Virus record (IMG/VR): IMGVR_UViG_3300020187_000029
Strand: one strand, 5' to 3'
From: a virus
Length of the DNA: 63,421 bases
Shown: one piece after another, positions 60,579 through 63,421 of the stretch
Position numbering within the stretch: the first letter of the stretch is position 1
Layout: each line of letters opens with the position of its first letter
Made by a program: the position numbers and the translations under genes
The notes under the pieces: generated by a model
Seen by the model: the letters and a program-made list of their open reading frames with translations, nothing else
The model's database searches: none
Told to the model about the DNA's origin: nothing

Positions 60579-60729
60579 ATTCTCTCATGTCTATTGGCTC
60601 CACATAAAATGTTTTACACAGTTTGTTATAAGTTTCTACTCCTGATCGAGACATTCTTTGTGTCTCCCATCCAAGGTCTACTATTTGATCCTGGATCTGT
60701 TTCAATTTTTTCATTGTTATTACTGCCAT
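60571..60729 (-). CDS. Small hypothetical protein (52 aa)
   Basis: Hand-translated: MAVITMKKLKQIQDQIVDLGWETQRMSRSGVETYNKLCKTFYVEPIDMREYE. TAATG overlap upstream, and the stop overlaps the next ATG. Confidence 0.5.
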   Translation of the reverse strand: MAVITMKKLKQIQDQIVDLGWETQRMSRSGVETYNKLCKTFYVEPIDMREYE

Positions 60730-61040
60730 TATTCCTCTTCTTTTAAAACTGTTAATAAATCCTTAAACACATCTATAAATCTGCATTCAAGTTCGTTTTC
60801 TGAAAACTCTATACGGTTTCCTGTATGTTGTAAATCAATACAGCCTATGTCTGTAGAAAAATCTTCAAATCCATTTTCAGTAAATATCCTTTGGATCTCC
60901 ATCATGGCTAGTTTAACTTTTAACTTTGCTTCAACTACTATGTCATCAGGGTTTAAATTAGTTTTCTTAAGTTCTTGTTTGAAGTAGGTATTTACTTCTC
61001 CCATTGTGTAATCTTCGGTATCAGTTATTAAGTATTTCAT
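60729..61040 (-). CDS. Hypothetical protein (103 aa)
   Basis: ORF. Confidence 0.55.
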   Translation of the reverse strand: MKYLITDTEDYTMGEVNTYFKQELKKTNLNPDDIVVEAKLKVKLAMMEIQRIFTENGFEDFSTDIGCIDLQHTGNRIEFSENELECRFIDVFKDLLTVLKEEE

Positions 61041-61477
61041 TATGAGTTGGTGTTTAAAATTGCGTAAATATTATCTATACATTCGCCATCACTTGGTGGC
61101 TCTTCGTTTGAGTCGGCCTCGTATTCTACCAGGTCCATGATCGCCTCAATTACTCTCATCATTCCAAAGCCTTCTGCTTTTTCTGTAGAGTTTCCGCTGT
61201 CTAATAATTCCTGGGCTTGTTCCTTTAGGCTGTAACGATTTGGGGTGACCTCCTCTTTGTCTTCAACCCAAGGACATGCTTTATTGTATAGAGAGAGAGC
61301 AAGTGTCTCATCGCCTATAGCAGTCATAAGAATATTTAATTCACCTCTTTGTGCTCTACCTCTTCTATAAACTCCAGGATCTTCTGATCTCTCGAAGTGC
61401 CAATCGTGAGAGGTTAACGCTTTTTGTAATTTAATGATCGCATTTAATTTTAATTGAACAGTTTGCATGATTTTCAT
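61040..61477 (-). CDS. Hypothetical protein (145 aa from the ATG at 61477)
   Basis: The track start at 61492 is a TTG lying inside hammerhead stem I. The first ATG (MKIMQTV...) lies 16 nt downstream of the predicted ribozyme cut. Confidence 0.55.
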   Translation of the reverse strand: MKIMQTVQLKLNAIIKLQKALTSHDWHFERSEDPGVYRRGRAQRGELNILMTAIGDETLALSLYNKACPWVEDKEEVTPNRYSLKEQAQELLDSGNSTEKAEGFGMMRVIEAIMDLVEYEADSNEEPPSDGECIDNIYAILNTNS

Positions 61478-61488
61478 TTTTAAGTTAT

Positions 61489-61540
61489 ACAAAGACGCTT
61501 CGCAGCGTTTCGCCTGGATCTCACAGGCTCATCAGTTTGT
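61489..61540 (-). ncRNA. Type-I hammerhead self-cleaving ribozyme (HH-A)
   Basis: Minus strand: ACAAA|CUGAUGA|GCCUG-UGAGAUC-CAGGC|GAA|ACGCU-GCGA-AGCGU|C^|UUUGU. All invariant core positions are present. Predicted cut after C at 61494. Confidence 0.85.
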
Positions 61541-61702
61541 TTATCCCAGGAAACCAAAAGTTGCGTTAGGATCTATACCTTCTGTTACCAGGTGAAAGAT
61601 TAGCATTGTGAATGATACAGCCCATACAGTAAATAAAGATCCTATAAAGGTTTTTGTTGCGATTGTTTGAATTTTGTTTAACATGGTTTTTCAGTTTAAA
61701 TT

Positions 61703-61855
61703 ATTAATTGATTATTTGTTGTAGTTCATTAAGTTGATAAGATCGGATTGCTCTCCTACTAAGTTCATTGCTGTTAACAATGCTAGTCCTAGAAAAGTAA
61801 TTGCTAATGCGACTACTGTTGCGACTAGTACTAATTTTAATTTTGATTTTGACAT
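61703..61855 (-). CDS. Small protein (50 aa) with an N-terminal hydrophobic segment
   Basis: Hand-translated codon by codon: MSKSKLKLVLVATVVALANYFSRTSIVNSNELSRRAIRSYQLNELQQIIN. Its ATG lies 27 nt after the HH-B cut. It replaces the plus-strand ORF 61734-61934. Confidence 0.45.
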
Positions 61856-61876
61856 TTTGTTTATTTTAAATTATTT

Positions 61877-61926
61877 GACAATGACGCTTCGCAGCGTTTC
61901 GATCATAAAGATCTCATCAGATTGCC
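61877..61926 (-). ncRNA. Type-I hammerhead self-cleaving ribozyme (HH-B)
   Basis: Minus strand: GGCAAU|CUGAUGA|GAUC-UUUAU-GAUC|GAA|ACGCU-GCGA-AGCGU|C^|AUUGUC. Predicted cut after C at 61883. Stem I overlaps the UAG stop of 61926-62171 by 1 nt. Confidence 0.85.
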
Positions 61927-62171
61927 TAGTATAGTTCCTTGTCTACTTGCATCCATAGATTATAAACATAGTTGTAATTGGTGCCGATCATATTGGCAAG
62001 TTGCTCAAACAATCTCTCTCTTACCAGGCTGTCATCAACACCTATGTAGAGGTAAACATCAGCACCTGTATGTAAGCAATCCATTAAGGCTACAAATGTT
62101 GTTAAATTGATTTCAGATCCCAATTCATCTGTTGGGTATTTTTCCTGGTAGAATTCTCTTAATGTTAACAT
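61926..62171 (-). CDS. Hypothetical protein (81 aa)
   Basis: ORF preceded by the conserved leader motif. Confidence 0.55.
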   Translation of the reverse strand: MLTLREFYQEKYPTDELGSEINLTTFVALMDCLHTGADVYLYIGVDDSLVRERLFEQLANMIGTNYNYVYNLWMQVDKELY

Positions 62172-62181
62172 AGTTTTCAGT

Positions 62182-62517
62182 TTAAATTGTTTGTGTGTAT
62201 AATTCGTTTGTTACTTCTTCGCCTATTATATAAACAATCATGTTTACAGTAGTTTCCGCATTGTCGTAAGTTCTTACAGCATCATCACCAAAATTTTCTC
62301 TCTCGTAGTTCTGTACAAATGCGATTGCTTCAAAAGGATCAATGTTGTGTTTTTTTAACCATTGGCTACAGTTGTAATAACCGATTAAATAATAATCATT
62401 GTTGAATGCTTCCTGGTGTAGGTCGTTATCATCGCTATTCCATTTAACATCGTTGTTATCAGCGATAAAATCATTTAAATACTCTTTTAGTTCAGTTTTG
62501 ATTGTTTCAGTATACAT
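62182..62517 (-). CDS. Hypothetical acidic protein (111 aa)
   Basis: ORF preceded by the conserved leader. Its ATG lies 25 nt after the HH-C cut. Confidence 0.55.
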   Translation of the reverse strand: MYTETIKTELKEYLNDFIADNNDVKWNSDDNDLHQEAFNNDYYLIGYYNCSQWLKKHNIDPFEAIAFVQNYERENFGDDAVRTYDNAETTVNMIVYIIGEEVTNELYTQTI

Positions 62518-62538
62518 TGTTTTCAGTTTAAATTATTA

Positions 62539-62590
62539 ATCAGACATCCCGAAGGATGTTTCGCCTGGATCTCACAGGCTCATCAGTGAT
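62539..62590 (-). ncRNA. Type-I hammerhead self-cleaving ribozyme (HH-C)
   Basis: Minus strand: AUCA|CUGAUGA|GCCUG-UGAGAUC-CAGGC|GAA|ACAUCC-UUCG-GGAUGU|C^|UGAU. Predicted cut after C at 62543. Confidence 0.8.
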
Positions 62591-62591
62591 C

Positions 62592-62867
62592 TTATGCTCG
62601 TGCTACAATTCCGTCTAGAGTGTCGGCAATTGCGTGTAGATCTCTAAGCATCATAATATCATGTGAGTATAAACGATCAGCCTCGGCTCTAAGATTTGTG
62701 TAGTAGTAACCGTCATAGATACCGTAAAGAGAGTTGACCAAATCTGATGCTCTAAAGCCTCCGTTACGTAGGTTGTGAATTGTTGTTTGGATAAATGACA
62801 TCATCATTGGATTGAATGTTGTGTATCTATCGAATCTTTCTGTGGTGTTGTAGTTTGAATTTTGCAT
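62592..62867 (-). CDS. Hypothetical protein (91 aa)
   Basis: ORF. Confidence 0.55.
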   Translation of the reverse strand: MQNSNYNTTERFDRYTTFNPMMMSFIQTTIHNLRNGGFRASDLVNSLYGIYDGYYYTNLRAEADRLYSHDIMMLRDLHAIADTLDGIVARA

Positions 62868-62967
62868 TTTATTTTCAGTTTTAATTAATTAGTTATTAGT
62901 AGTTGTTACTTCTCATGAAGGTTGCAAATAATGCGATTGGAATTGCTAGTGCTATTAAGATCATGGC

Positions 62968-63213
62968 TTATTGGTTTACAGAGTTAATAAATCTTAAGGC
63001 TTCTTTTTTGCTAGTAAATTCTGTACCGCCTGAAAAAGGCTTATATAAATCTTCTTGAAATAGTTGATTGAATGGATCAGAAGGATCTTTGTAGTAGTTG
63101 AAATCAACACCATGCTCGCCCCAATCACTGTATGATATTCTAGCGTTGTGGACTTTGATACCTGTGAAGTTCGGAAGGTATTCTGTTTGCAGTTCTGTAC
63201 TTAAGTAATTCAT
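62968..63213 (-). CDS. Hypothetical protein (81 aa), first gene of the early operon
   Basis: ORF preceded by the leader motif and the candidate early promoter. Confidence 0.55.
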   Translation of the reverse strand: MNYLSTELQTEYLPNFTGIKVHNARISYSDWGEHGVDFNYYKDPSDPFNQLFQEDLYKPFSGGTEFTSKKEALRFINSVNQ

Positions 63214-63282
63214 AATTTCAGTTTAAATAATTGATATTCAGTTAATTAGCGTTTCGAGTGTCATGCTCGCTGAACGATGGTA

Positions 63283-63315
63283 CAAATATAACGCATTATT
63301 TTATTAACATCCAAA
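63283..63315 (-). promoter_or_regulatory. Candidate early promoter, Bacteroidota sigma-A type (TTTG-N21-TATATTTG)
   Basis: On the minus strand the -33 TTTG is at 63315-63312 and the -7 TATATTTG at 63290-63283, about 70 nt upstream of the first early ATG. Confidence 0.5.
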
Positions 63316-63421
63316 TGTGAATATCACTTTTTTTAGTAAATACCTCTGTATAACCTGTAAAACCTAGGAAAAAAACTTTAAAAAAAATTTGAACGCATGT
63401 CCAAGCGGGGGGTAATTTATC
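63295..63421. repeat. Terminal overlap copy 2 (identical to 1-127)
   Basis: Same as above. Confidence 0.95.

Larger units (their letters stand above)
1..63421. mobile_element. Complete circularly closed tailed-phage genome (unique length 63,294 bp), temperate-type
   Basis: Identical 127-bp overlap at both window ends. Packaging, capsid, fiber, lysis, replication/recombination and integrase modules sit in large co-oriented blocks. AT-rich, no SD-like spacers and TAnnTTTG boxes (host inference: Bacteroidota). Confidence 0.8.

Noticed and set aside
61490-61492. TTG start for CDS 61040-61492 given by the ORF track
   Set aside because: The TTG lies within the 3' strand of hammerhead stem I, immediately after the predicted cut. 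The ATG at 61477 is preferred.
49436-61934. Plus-strand ORFs within the leftward early block (49436-49636, 50952-51173, 51271-51525, 54553-54912, 55482-55724, 56997-57218, 59256-59450, 60525-60987, 61734-62110)
   Set aside because: Each overlaps better-supported minus-strand genes or hand-verified small ORFs. Their composition is typical of antisense frames.
63245-63282. Possible fourth hammerhead in the early 5' UTR (GUUCAGCGAG-CAUGACA-CUCGAAACGCU)
   Set aside because: It shares GAAACGCU with HH-A and HH-B. However, the position of the CUGAUGA core reads UCAGCGA, which changes invariant U4 and A6, and no closed stem III or GUC cleavage triplet follows. At best it is a decayed relic.

Overview
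The window is a complete, circularly closed tailed-phage (Caudoviricetes) genome. Its first and last 127 bp are identical, so the unique length is 63,294 bp. It is AT-rich, lacks Shine-Dalgarno-like spacers and carries TAnnTTTG-type promoter boxes, which by inference points to a Bacteroidota (Flavobacteriia-like) host.

Layout:
- A rightward late block (5991-49170) encodes terminase, portal, scaffold, major capsid, several very large fiber and virion proteins, a 2736-aa polyvalent-type giant protein, and an amidase plus membrane-protein lysis cassette.
- A leftward integrase gene (49171-50424) has an unusual repeat-flanked control region.
- A tightly packed leftward early block (63213 down to 50692) encodes SSB, primase-helicase, a YqaJ exonuclease with a Rad52-like annealase, an RHH protein, a DnaA-C-like HTH protein, a second tyrosine recombinase and many small ORFs.
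- A small accessory island (301-5759) holds tRNA-Arg(UCU), an HNH endonuclease, a GroES-like protein and a leftward operon of very basic, low-complexity proteins.

The most interesting signal is RNA-level. Three perfect-consensus type-I hammerhead self-cleaving ribozymes lie on the minus strand at 61489-61540, 61877-61926 and 62539-62590. They occupy three of the few real intergenic gaps of the early operon. Each starts at or within 1 nt of the upstream stop codon and is predicted to cut 16-27 nt upstream of the next AUG. The three copies show compensatory base changes in all three stems.

Other observations:
- a conserved UUUAAACUGAAA translation leader;
- an AUG-UAA start-stop in front of an open frame with no start codon;
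- 22-bp direct repeats flanking the integrase control region;
- 13 copies of a WG[ND]H motif in the two fiber genes;
- over-representation of GGTGACC.

All functional calls come from reading motifs by eye. No database search was run.
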